From NCBI RefSeq assembly GCF_032106685.1, contig NZ_DAMCPG010000011.1, forward strand, positions 52,478 to 116,477: DNA of 64,000 bases, written 5' to 3'. Positions within the stretch are counted from its first letter, which is position 1; each line of letters starts with the position of its first letter. Source of the DNA: Massilia sp. GTDB lineage: Bacteria > Pseudomonadota > Gammaproteobacteria > Burkholderiales > Burkholderiaceae_D. The notes beneath the pieces were generated by a model that was not told the DNA's origin, searched no databases, and saw only the letters and a list, made by a program, of their open reading frames with translations. The position numbers and the translations under genes were made by a program. This document shows positions 10,456-18,723 of the stretch, in pieces.

Positions 10456-11700
10456 TCAGGCGGCGGCCAGGAATTCCTCGACCGCGGCGCGCAGGATGCG
10501 ATCGGCTTCCGCGATCTGCTCGTCCGACACGATCAGCGCGGGCGCCATGCGCACCACGTCCATGCCGGCCACCAGCAGCATCAGGCCCATCTTCTCGGCG
10601 ACCTTGGTCAGGTCCTTGGCGCGGCCCTTGTAGCCTTCCGCCATCGGCAGGCCGATCAGGAGGCCCATGCCGCGCGCCTTGCCGAACAGCTGCGGGTAGT
10701 CGGCGGAGAGCTTGTCGAGATTTGCGAAGATCTTGGCGCTGGCTTCCTTCACGCGCGCCAGGAAGGCCGGCTGGTTGATGGTCTCGATCACGTTCAGGGC
10801 GACGGTCGCGGCCAGCGGGTTGCCGCCGTAGGTGGTGCCGTGCGAGCCGACGTTGAAGTGCTGGGCGATCTCGTTCGTGGTCAGCATCGCGCCGATCGGG
10901 TAGCCGTTGCCCAGTGCCTTGGCGCTGGTCAGGATGTCCGGGGTGACGCCGCTGTCCATGTAGGCGTACAGCGAACCGGTACGGCCCACGCCCGACTGCA
11001 CTTCGTCGAAGATCAAGAGGGCGCCGGTCTTGTCGCACAGCTCGCGCAGGGCCTGCAGGTATTCCTTGTTACCCGGGATGACGCCGCCCTCGCCCTGGAT
11101 CGGCTCGACGATCACGGCCGCGACGTCGTCGAGGATGGCGGCGCGCGCCGCTTCGATGTCGTTATAGGCGATGTGGTTGATTTCCTGCGGCAGCGGCTCG
11201 AAGCCTTCGGTGTACTTCGGCTGGCCGCCCACCGAGACGGTGAACAGGGTACGGCCGTGGAAGGACGACAGGCAGGAGATGATGCGCGACTTGTGCGGGC
11301 CGAACTTGGTGTGCGCGTACTTGCGCGCCAGTTTCAGGGCCGCTTCGTTCGCTTCCGCGCCCGAGTTGCAGAAGAAGGCGCGGTCGGCAAAGGTGGCTTC
11401 GGTCAGGGCCAGCGCCAGGCGCAGGACCGGCTCGTTGGTGTAGCCGTTACCGAGGTGCCACAGGGTGTTCAGCTGCTTGGTCAGCGCGTCGACCAGCACC
11501 GGGTTGGCGTGACCCAGGCTCGAGACCGCGATGCCTGAGGTGAAGTCGAGGTAGTGCTTGCCTTCCTGGTCCCACACGTCCAGGCCCGAGGCGCGCACCG
11601 GCACCATGCCGGCCGGGGCGTAGGTCGGGACGAGGACTTCGTCGAAGGTCTGCCGAGTGACAGGCCGCGTTGTGACACCCGAATCAAGCTTTGCGTTCAT
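10456..11700 (-). CDS. aruC: succinylornithine/acetylornithine aminotransferase (class III PLP)
   Basis: A class-III aminotransferase sequence and the first gene of the ast string. I prefer the start MNAKLDSGV at 11700 over the track start at 11814. Confidence 0.85.
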   Translation of the reverse strand: MNAKLDSGVTTRPVTRQTFDEVLVPTYAPAGMVPVRASGLDVWDQEGKHYLDFTSGIAVSSLGHANPVLVDALTKQLNTLWHLGNGYTNEPVLRLALALTEATFADRAFFCNSGAEANEAALKLARKYAHTKFGPHKSRIISCLSSFHGRTLFTVSVGGQPKYTEGFEPLPQEINHIAYNDIEAARAAILDDVAAVIVEPIQGEGGVIPGNKEYLQALRELCDKTGALLIFDEVQSGVGRTGSLYAYMDSGVTPDILTSAKALGNGYPIGAMLTTNEIAQHFNVGSHGTTYGGNPLAATVALNVIETINQPAFLARVKEASAKIFANLDKLSADYPQLFGKARGMGLLIGLPMAEGYKGRAKDLTKVAEKMGLMLLVAGMDVVRMAPALIVSDEQIAEADRILRAAVEEFLAAA

Positions 11701-11760
11701 GACTTTTTCCTCATCCATGTAAGTGACAGGCGCGCCTGGAGACGGGCGCCGAACCTGGTC

Positions 11761-11803
11761 ATTATAGGAAGACGGGGTGGCAAGTTCTTGCAGAAGTGCG
11801 ACG
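11761..11803 (-). promoter_or_regulatory. candidate aruC promoter: TATAAT -10 (11766..11761) with an upstream ArgR-like half site CGTCGC-N8-AA (11803..11788)
   Basis: The minus strand reads CCCCGTCGCACTTCTGCAAGAACTTGCCACCCCGTCTTCCTATAATG, about 55 nt upstream of the ATG. The half site resembles the Pseudomonas ArgR motif TGTCGC-N8-AA-N5. The -35 is poor, which fits an activator-dependent promoter. Confidence 0.35.
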
Positions 11804-12173
11804 GGGATTTTCATTTTTGGTCGGGAAGCTCAGCATCCGCCATACCGCGCCAAGACTCTACGGCGCCCTCTTCCTGAGACGATTACACATCTACCGGCAT
11901 ACTAGGCCCCGAGCAACCATAGTGAATTGACAACAAAACATCTGATGCAGTCGCTTCAGACACCGAAAATTCTCATACGGGACCAGATTTCGAAACGTTA
12001 TATGCATCTTACATTATTTTACCCCATCGTAAAAATGACTCGTTGTGGCGATCCATAATAACGGTACAGACAATAATGATTCTTCACTGGCAAACTCTCG
12101 ACGCATCAGAAGAAACCTGCTACATTTAAACCTCCCACATCACAAGAGCTCCGGAAAAATTTCAAGTCAAGCA

Positions 12174-12188
12174 AATGAATTATTCATT
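12174..12188. promoter_or_regulatory. perfect 7+1+7 palindrome AATGAAT-T-ATTCATT about 60 nt upstream of the islet gene
   Basis: Read directly from the sequence. It is a possible operator; its function is unknown. Confidence 0.3.
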
Positions 12189-12248
12189 ACTTAGAGTTGA
12201 CGTGAGATCTTAAAAATAATTGCTTTATTACCTATCGCCAATCGATAT

Positions 12249-13994
12249 ATGAGCAACGATCTTATTAGCATCAACATCCCTACTGAAACAGTCCGTCCAT
12301 CAATATCCTTCGAAGAAATAACATTTTCAGACGGGCAAGCCCTACGTTTTGAAGACGATGAGATTATCGTTTTTGTGGGCCCGAATAATGCAGGCAAAAG
12401 TGCCGCACTGCGGGATCTTCAAAATTGGATTGCGACACCTCGAAAACAGACGGTAGTGATTGATGCCAAAACTAGAAAAACCGGCACGCAAAACGACCTA
12501 AAATGTTATCTCGAACGCTACGCACAGAAAACAGGAGACCCAATAAACTTTAGCTACGGAGGAATTGGCTTTAGCATTCACCACTCAAACATAAGTTGGT
12601 TTGACCAACCTCATGATCGCCATCCTGTAGCGCCTTTTTTCACAACGCGAGTAGCCACAGAAAGTAGAATTAATGGCTCCGACCCTGCTGGCGCCATTGC
12701 ACTTTATCAAACCCCACCATCACATCCAATTCACCTGTTAATGATGGATAATACGCTTGCCTCATCAATTAGTGATTTATTTCGGCGAGCATTTGGCAAG
12801 GATTTAATTGTGTTTAGGGCAGGCGGCTCACAATTTCCTCTATATGTCGGAAAGAAACCAAATCTGGAAACAGGAGAAGATGAACTAGCAAAGCCATATG
12901 TCGACAAACTCTTACGCGATGCGGTTCCGCTTCACTCGCAAGGTGATGGCATGCGAAGCTTTGTAACAGTTTTACTCAACATTTTGGTAGCAGATAATCA
13001 TTCAATTCAATTTCTCGATGAGCCCGAAGCTTTTCTACACCCTCCACAGGCTAGGCTACTAGGAGAATACATAGCAAAGAATAGGCGGGCGCGTTCACAA
13101 CTATTTATTTCCACCCATAGCACCGACATTCTAGATGGATTACTTGCCGGAAGTAGCGATAAAGTTCGAATCGTTCGAATCCAACGCGCTGGAGATGTTA
13201 ATCGCGTAAAAGAATTAAGCAAAGAGCGCACAGCAGCAATATCGAATGATACCCTCACCCAATACTCTGGGGTTTTCAAAGGAATATTTTATCGACATGT
13301 TGTCATCACTGAGGCAGATAGCGACTGCCTCTTCTATAGCTCAATACTTAATTTACCTAGCATAAGTGGAGAAGTGCGCCCAGACGTTTTATTCATCCAT
13401 GCATCAGGAAAACATCGGATGAGTAGACTGGTTGAAACATTAAGATCTCTTGACGTCCCACTTTCCGTAATTGCTGACATTGACATATTAAGTGAGGAGA
13501 ACGCGTTTCGCCAACTATATGAAAATTTGGGCGGTAACTGGGAAGACATTAAGACTGCATGGAGAACAATAAAAACTAGTGTAGAGTCTGTAAGCCCACC
13601 GATTAATGCTAGCCAAATTAAGCAGATGATTTTAAGCGAACTAGAAAGTGTCTCTGGAACCGAAAAATTCCCTAGAGATATCGAGCGAACTATCAAGAAC
13701 ATTTTTCGCACCGTATCGCCTTGGGATAATGTTAAGCATGCAGGACGCAGCGCATTAAGAGGTTCCGCCACAGTCTCGCAGTTTAATTTCCTCTGGGACA
13801 AATGCAAAAATTTAGGTCTATGGATCGTTCCTGTTGGAGAGTTAGAAGGATTCTGTCGCAGTATTGATGCTCGACATGGTCCTAGTTTCGTTGAAAAAGT
13901 ATTAGAAGAAAGAAATCTGGAAACGGATCCTGAGCTTGCTGAAGTTAGGGAATTTGTTACGCAGATCTGGAAGTTCGCGAAGGATCCAAACTAG
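12249..13994 (+). CDS. ABC-type (AAA_15/21-like) ATPase fused to a Toprim-like nuclease domain; OLD-family / DUF4435-style putative defence nuclease
   Basis: 581 aa. Motifs: Walker A GPNNAGKS (aa 44-51); signature-like SQGDGMRS (aa 230-237); Walker B/D-loop IQFLDEPEAFLHP (aa 253-265); H-loop STHS (aa 288-291). The C-terminal half has VVITEADSDCLFY (Glu355), VIADIDIL (DxD at 410-412) and VPVGELEGF. Together these give the E...DxD Toprim pattern seen in OLD, AriB and AbiLii proteins. The gene sits in AT-rich DNA, unlike its neighbours. Confidence 0.7.
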   Translation: MSNDLISINIPTETVRPSISFEEITFSDGQALRFEDDEIIVFVGPNNAGKSAALRDLQNWIATPRKQTVVIDAKTRKTGTQNDLKCYLERYAQKTGDPINFSYGGIGFSIHHSNISWFDQPHDRHPVAPFFTTRVATESRINGSDPAGAIALYQTPPSHPIHLLMMDNTLASSISDLFRRAFGKDLIVFRAGGSQFPLYVGKKPNLETGEDELAKPYVDKLLRDAVPLHSQGDGMRSFVTVLLNILVADNHSIQFLDEPEAFLHPPQARLLGEYIAKNRRARSQLFISTHSTDILDGLLAGSSDKVRIVRIQRAGDVNRVKELSKERTAAISNDTLTQYSGVFKGIFYRHVVITEADSDCLFYSSILNLPSISGEVRPDVLFIHASGKHRMSRLVETLRSLDVPLSVIADIDILSEENAFRQLYENLGGNWEDIKTAWRTIKTSVESVSPPINASQIKQMILSELESVSGTEKFPRDIERTIKNIFRTVSPWDNVKHAGRSALRGSATVSQFNFLWDKCKNLGLWIVPVGELEGFCRSIDARHGPSFVEKVLEERNLETDPELAEVREFVTQIWKFAKDPN

Positions 13995-14176
13995 TTAATT
14001 TCAACGCAGCCCTTGAATATCAGTACTTTAATCGATGAGGCGAAGTCGGCTCGTCTCCGACGATAGCATATGCGCGAATAATGCGTTTTAGCAGCAATAT
14101 TGACGCTTGTATAAAACGCCCGTTTGCGACATCCGTTGCCGGCGGACCCATTGGGTCCACCAGCGATGGTGCGTAA

Positions 14177-14689
14177 TTACACCTTGCGACGGCGGCTGGC
14201 GGCAAAGCCGGCCAGGCCCAGGCCGAGCAGCGCCAGCGAAGCCGGCTCAGGCACGTCGGTCGTCGCCACGTTGCCGTTGATGGTCAAGGTGTAAGCCATC
14301 GGCGTGTGGGCGTGACCGGTGTAGATCGAATTGGTATTGAGGTTCCAATAGCTGCCGTGGGTCGTGATCCAGGCGGTGTAGCTGCCGACGCCCAGGTTCA
14401 GGGACAGGAAGCTGTCCAGGCCGCCGCCTGCGTCGTCATCCTGGGCGATGAAGGTCGCATTGCTGAGCACGTTGGTGCCGGAAAACAGGCCGAGCCATGC
14501 ATCGGTGTTGCCTTCGAGGAAAAGCGTCGTCGCGCCTTCTTCCGTTACGTCGAAGTTGAACAGGGTGTAGGCGCCGACAGGGGCATCCGGCAGGGTACCG
14601 CTGGTCGTGAGCACGCCGGCGTGGGCCGACAACGAGCACATGGCCGCGAGGGCGAATGCGGACATCGTACGGATTATTTTCTTGTGCAT
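14177..14689 (-). CDS. PEP-CTERM sorting-domain secreted protein
   Basis: The C-terminus is VPEPASLALLGLGLAGFAASRRRKV (PEP motif, then a TM helix, then a basic tail). The N-terminal signal peptide is MHKKIIRTMSAFALAAMCSLSAHAG. The start at 14689 is preferred over 14713. Confidence 0.8.
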   Translation of the reverse strand: MHKKIIRTMSAFALAAMCSLSAHAGVLTTSGTLPDAPVGAYTLFNFDVTEEGATTLFLEGNTDAWLGLFSGTNVLSNATFIAQDDDAGGGLDSFLSLNLGVGSYTAWITTHGSYWNLNTNSIYTGHAHTPMAYTLTINGNVATTDVPEPASLALLGLGLAGFAASRRRKV

Positions 14690-14976
14690 GCCAATTGCTT
14701 TGCCATCTTTCATTTTCTTATCCTTGTTGAGTGGTGAATGATTGATGTCGCGGTCTTGTTTGCTTTCAGGACAACAGCGCGACCTCAGCGAAGGGAGCGA
14801 GCCAGCCGTCTGTGCAAACGCGTCGGCTCTGATCGTCCGCTTCAGCGATGAAAAAGCATTAACTATGCCAAGATTGCAAGATTTGCTTTAAGCAATTGAA
14901 TTGGTTGATTTTTATTTCGAATAATCAACTAGTGGCAACGTCAGCGCGGGAGGCACTGTAAATATATCTGACAGTC

Positions 14977-15918
14977 TTATTCCGCCAGCCTGCGCTGCCG
15001 CTCCTCCCGCGGCGTATTCCCGAACAAGGCACCGAATGCCGTCGAAAAATGCGACCCCGACGAAAACCCGCACATCAGCCCGACCTGCACGATCGAGTAA
15101 TTCGTATCCAGCAGCAGTTGCCGCGCCCGTTTCAAACGCAGTTCGAGGTAGTAGCGCGACGGCAAACTGCCCAGGTACTGCTTGAAGAGCCGCTCCAACT
15201 GCCGCCGCGACACCCCGGCCAGTTGCGCAATCTCGTCGGTCGACAGCGGCTCCTCGATATTCGCTTCCATCAAGGTCACCGCCTCGGTCAATTTCGGCTG
15301 CAGCGTGCCGAAACGCGCCTGCAGCGCCACGCGCTGGCGCTCTTCCCGGCCGCGCACGCGGTCGACGCAGAGGATTTCCTTCACCTGCGCCTGCACGGTC
15401 GAGCCGAAAATGGTCTCGATCAGGGTCAGCGCGAAGTCGACCGAGGCGGCGCCGCCGCAGCAGGTCAGGCGGGGGCCGTCGATCTCGTAGAGATGGGGGG
15501 TGAAGACGGCCTGGTCGGCGCGGCTGTCGGCGTCGGCGTACAGGGACCAGGGCAGCGCGGTGCGCACGCCGTTCAGGGCGCCGGCTTCCGCCAGCCACAG
15601 CACGCCGGCGCCGACGCCGCCCCAGAAGGGCGCGGCGCGGCAGCGCTCGACCACGGCGCGGAAGTTGGCGGGCTTCAGGCCGGCCTGGGCTTCGTCGGCG
15701 GCGAGCAGCACCAGGTGCCAGTGGCGCTGGCTGTCGCCGGCGAACTTGTCGGGGCTGCGCACGTCCACGTGCAGGCGCTCGGGGCCGAGGATCTTCGCGG
15801 CCAGGCGCAGCGGCTGGGCCAGGCCCGACCAGCTCATCGTGTCCGGTTCGCCGGCGTTGACGAGCAGGATGCGCAGCGGCCGCTCCTGCGCCAGGACGGG
15901 CAGTTCAGCTTGCGACAT
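14977..15918 (-). CDS. GlxA-family transcriptional regulator (DJ-1/PfpI-like domain plus AraC HTH)
   Basis: 313 aa. The C-terminal AraC-type HTH reads LSTDEIAQLAGVSRRQLERLFKQYLG...GFSSGSHFSTAF, and the N-terminal half is amidotransferase-like. Confidence 0.8.
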   Translation of the reverse strand: MSQAELPVLAQERPLRILLVNAGEPDTMSWSGLAQPLRLAAKILGPERLHVDVRSPDKFAGDSQRHWHLVLLAADEAQAGLKPANFRAVVERCRAAPFWGGVGAGVLWLAEAGALNGVRTALPWSLYADADSRADQAVFTPHLYEIDGPRLTCCGGAASVDFALTLIETIFGSTVQAQVKEILCVDRVRGREERQRVALQARFGTLQPKLTEAVTLMEANIEEPLSTDEIAQLAGVSRRQLERLFKQYLGSLPSRYYLELRLKRARQLLLDTNYSIVQVGLMCGFSSGSHFSTAFGALFGNTPREERQRRLAE

Positions 15919-15939
15919 AGGGGCGGATCGGGAAGGTGT

Positions 15940-16842
15940 TCACTCGGGTGCAAGCGCGGCGGAGGGCCGGCTTTCGGAATTCCATTGGCTGACTATCATA
16001 CCGGAGATCAACAGCAAACCGCCCAGCCAGCCGCGGGCGGTCAAGGCTTCGCCCAGCCAGAAGTAGCCGAAGAAGGCGGCCGCCGCCGGCTCGAAGGCGT
16101 AGACCACCGCCGCTTCGTTGGCCGAGGTGCGCGACTGGCCCCAGGTCTGCAGCGAGATGATGGCCGCGGTCGCCACCACGCCGAGGTAGGCGAAGTTCCA
16201 GCCGGCGTGGCCGAGATTGTCAATCACGCCGGCGAGGTAGGCCGAGCGCGCCACGGCCTCGCCCGGCAACTCGCGCCCCAGCAGCCACACCAGGGCGCAC
16301 AGGGCGACGGTGCCGATCTGGGCGGCGGTGACGGTGAGCAGGCGCGTCGCGCGCCGGGTCTGCACTTCCATCACCTTGATGTAGACGCCGAAGCACAGCG
16401 CGCTCATCAGGGCAAGGGAGTCGCCCGTGCCCCAGGCGCCGCCGTCCCAGCACAGGGCGGCCAGGCCGGCGATCGACATGACGAGGGCCAGCACGATGCG
16501 GCGCTCCGGCAGGCGTCCCGCCAGCACGCCGAGCAGCGGCACGACCAGCACGTTCAGGCCGCAGATGAAGGCGTTGCGGTTCGAGCTGGTCAGCGCCAGG
16601 CCCTCGACCTGGAACACGAAGCAGAAGAACAACAATACGCCGAGGATGGCGCCGGCGCGCATGTCGGCCAGCTTGCCGCGCCACAGGAAGGGCGACAGCA
16701 GCAGCGCAGCCAGGGCGAAGCGCACCAGGATGATCCACACGGCCGAGAAATGCCCGGTCAGGTCCTTCATTGCCGGAAAGGTCGTGCCCCACACGAGGGT
16801 GACGAGCAGCAGGGCGAGGATGCCGTGGAGGTGGCGGGGCAT
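15940..16842 (-). CDS. DMT-superfamily (EamA-type) transporter
   Basis: A polytopic membrane protein starting MPRHLHGILALLLVTLVWGTTFPAMK. The start is trimmed from the track's 17175 to the ATG at 16842. Confidence 0.75.
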   Translation of the reverse strand: MPRHLHGILALLLVTLVWGTTFPAMKDLTGHFSAVWIILVRFALAALLLSPFLWRGKLADMRAGAILGVLLFFCFVFQVEGLALTSSNRNAFICGLNVLVVPLLGVLAGRLPERRIVLALVMSIAGLAALCWDGGAWGTGDSLALMSALCFGVYIKVMEVQTRRATRLLTVTAAQIGTVALCALVWLLGRELPGEAVARSAYLAGVIDNLGHAGWNFAYLGVVATAAIISLQTWGQSRTSANEAAVVYAFEPAAAAFFGYFWLGEALTARGWLGGLLLISGMIVSQWNSESRPSAALAPE

Positions 16843-17041
16843 GTGTGGCTGATGGGCAAAACGCGTATGGTACGCCGCCCGGCCGTAAAAGGCGATAAGG
16901 CGGCGCCAGCCGTCCCGAAAAGGCCGGCGCCACGGGCTGCCCGTTTCCCGGTCGCGCACTGGCGAACACGGCACCATTTTCCCCGCCATGCATAGCGTCG
17001 CGGCGCTGTCGAACGCCCGCTGGCGGCTATAATCCCTGTTC

Positions 17042-17500
17042 ATGGGGGAACGATATTTAAAGAGCGTCCGCTTGCTGGCCGAATGCCTGCAGGGCTTCGA
17101 GCGGTATTCGGGCGAATCGGTGCGGCAGTACGGCTTGACGCATGCGCAGTTCGACATCATCGCCACGCTCGGCAATACCAGCGGGATGAACTACAAGGAG
17201 CTCGGCGAGCGCACCCTCATCACCAAGGGTACGCTGACCGGCGTGATCGAGCGGCTCGAGCTGAAAGGCCTGGTACTGCGCGAACGCAGCCTGGACGACA
17301 AGCGCTCGTATTTCGTGCGCCTGACGGACAGCGGCGATGCCGTGTTCCGCGACGTCTTCCCGAAAGTTGTTGATCACGGCAAACAATTGTTTGCTGGATT
17401 TAGCGACGCCGAGTTCGATGAGGTCGATAGCGCGTTGAAGAAGCTGCGCGAACGGATACTCGGGTCCCCTTTACTAACACAACAAAAGGAATCATCTTGA
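17042..17500 (+). CDS. MarR-family transcriptional regulator
   Basis: 152 aa. A winged-HTH core is present (LTHAQFDIIATLGNTSGMNYKELGERTLITKGTLTGVIERLELKGLVLRE). The gene is divergent from the DMT transporter gene. Confidence 0.85.
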   Translation: MGERYLKSVRLLAECLQGFERYSGESVRQYGLTHAQFDIIATLGNTSGMNYKELGERTLITKGTLTGVIERLELKGLVLRERSLDDKRSYFVRLTDSGDAVFRDVFPKVVDHGKQLFAGFSDAEFDEVDSALKKLRERILGSPLLTQQKESS

Positions 17501-17778
17501 AAACTTCCCTGATCGCAGGCAAAAAGCCGGCCCACTTCGACAAGCACATCATCGGCAACCTGTTGCTCGACGTGGCTTCGGAAGAAGAAGTGCGCGAGGA
17601 AGCGATGCTGATCGGCGTGCGCAACGAAGACGGCGAGATCTACCGCTTGATCGGCGCCACCAAGCTGAACAGCTTCATGAACGCCGTCGAAGAATTGTTC
17701 GACCTCGGCCTGGTCGACGAACTGGAAGACACCGAGGAAGCGAAGGAAGACTGTGACGCCATCTTCAGCGAACCCTGA
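17497..17778 (+). CDS. small acidic hypothetical protein (93 aa)
   Basis: A TTG start at 17497 overlaps the MarR TGA (TTGA). An AAAGGA Shine-Dalgarno lies 6 nt upstream. Codon usage is GC3-rich like the neighbouring genes. I do not recognise a family. Confidence 0.5.
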   Translation: MKTSLIAGKKPAHFDKHIIGNLLLDVASEEEVREEAMLIGVRNEDGEIYRLIGATKLNSFMNAVEELFDLGLVDELEDTEEAKEDCDAIFSEP

Positions 17779-17852
17779 GCGGCGGCGTTGTAAAACCATG
17801 CTCTAAGGCAAATACTCCCGGCGTGTCCAGCCGTTGGGGGTATAATTTTTCG

Positions 17853-18686
17853 ATGGACAGACTTGACGCCCTCAAGAGCATCGCCGCCCAGGCCATCCGG
17901 GGCGAGCTCAGTTTTCCCACCAATGTCGACGCCACGCTCAGGCTGCAGCGTGCGCTGAACGATCCCGAGTGCCATGCCGACGCGGCGGCCCGCCTGGTCC
18001 AGGCCGAGCCGCTGCTGGCCGCGCGCACCGTCGCGATCGCAAATTCCGTCACCTACAACCGCGCCGGCAACGACGTGACCAACGTGCGCGCCGCCGTGCA
18101 GCGCGTGGGTTTCCGCACCCTGGGCGCGCTGGCCGCTTCCGTCATCGTGCGCCAGCTCAGCAGCGAGATCACCGACCCGGCACTGCGCGCCCGCGCCGAC
18201 CAGCTGTGGCGCCACTCGGCCCACGTGGCCGCGTTGGCCCAGGTGATCGCGCGCCGCGTCTCCTTCGTCGATCCGGAAACGGCGATGTTCGCCGGCATCG
18301 TGCACGAAGTCGGCGGCTTCTACCTGCTCTCGCGCGCCCATGAATACCCGGGCCTGCTCGAGGGCGGCGCCGACGACTGGCTGGAACATGGCGAAGTGGC
18401 GATCGGCCGCGGCGTCCTGCTCAAGCTGGGCGTGCCGGCGCCGGTGATGGGCGCGATCGAGGCCATGTGGAACGGCATGCGCGCGCTGCCGCCGGAAACC
18501 CTGGGCGACACCCTGCTGCTGGCGAACGACCTGTCGCCGGAACCTTCTCCCTTGCTCGAGCGGCCGGGCGCGACCACCGCGCAGGCGGCGGCGACCATCG
18601 ATTTCGCGGTGGGCGACGGGACGCTGGCCCGGATCATGGAGGAGTCGGCGCAGGAAGTGCAGAGTTTGACGTCGGCGTTGATGTAA
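17853..18686 (+). CDS. HDOD-domain signalling protein
   Basis: The HDOD-like sequence reads FPTNVDATLRLQRALNDPECHADAAARLVQAEPLLAARTVAIANSVTYNRAG...VGFRTLGALAAS. The ATG at 17853 is preferred. A TATAAT at 17841-17846 sits just upstream. The track start at 17823 is a GTG. Confidence 0.75.
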   Translation: MDRLDALKSIAAQAIRGELSFPTNVDATLRLQRALNDPECHADAAARLVQAEPLLAARTVAIANSVTYNRAGNDVTNVRAAVQRVGFRTLGALAASVIVRQLSSEITDPALRARADQLWRHSAHVAALAQVIARRVSFVDPETAMFAGIVHEVGGFYLLSRAHEYPGLLEGGADDWLEHGEVAIGRGVLLKLGVPAPVMGAIEAMWNGMRALPPETLGDTLLLANDLSPEPSPLLERPGATTAQAAATIDFAVGDGTLARIMEESAQEVQSLTSALM

Positions 18687-18723
18687 GCCTTTTCATTTTT
18701 TCTCTGAAATCCGATTGACGCTT

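Noticed and set aside
11880-12248. Whether the islet leader encodes a retron-type msr/msd RNA, since OLD nucleases can be retron effectors.
   Set aside because: No reverse transcriptase gene is present in or near the islet. I could not find the long flanking inverted repeats typical of msr/msd.
13334-13807. A 157-aa minus-strand ORF inside the AT-rich islet gene (also 13007-13279, 90 aa). An ORF this long is somewhat unexpected in AT-rich DNA and might be a hidden antitoxin or overlapping gene.
   Set aside because: It is fully nested antisense in the ATPase/Toprim CDS. It has no Shine-Dalgarno or recognisable motif, and its composition is hydrophobic and Ser/Leu-rich, typical of the antisense frame. 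Only translation evidence would revive it.
14020-14205. A 61-aa minus-strand ORF at the right edge of the islet, overlapping the PEP-CTERM gene stop.
   Set aside because: There is no ribosome-binding site or recognisable motif, and it straddles the compositional boundary. It is probably spurious.
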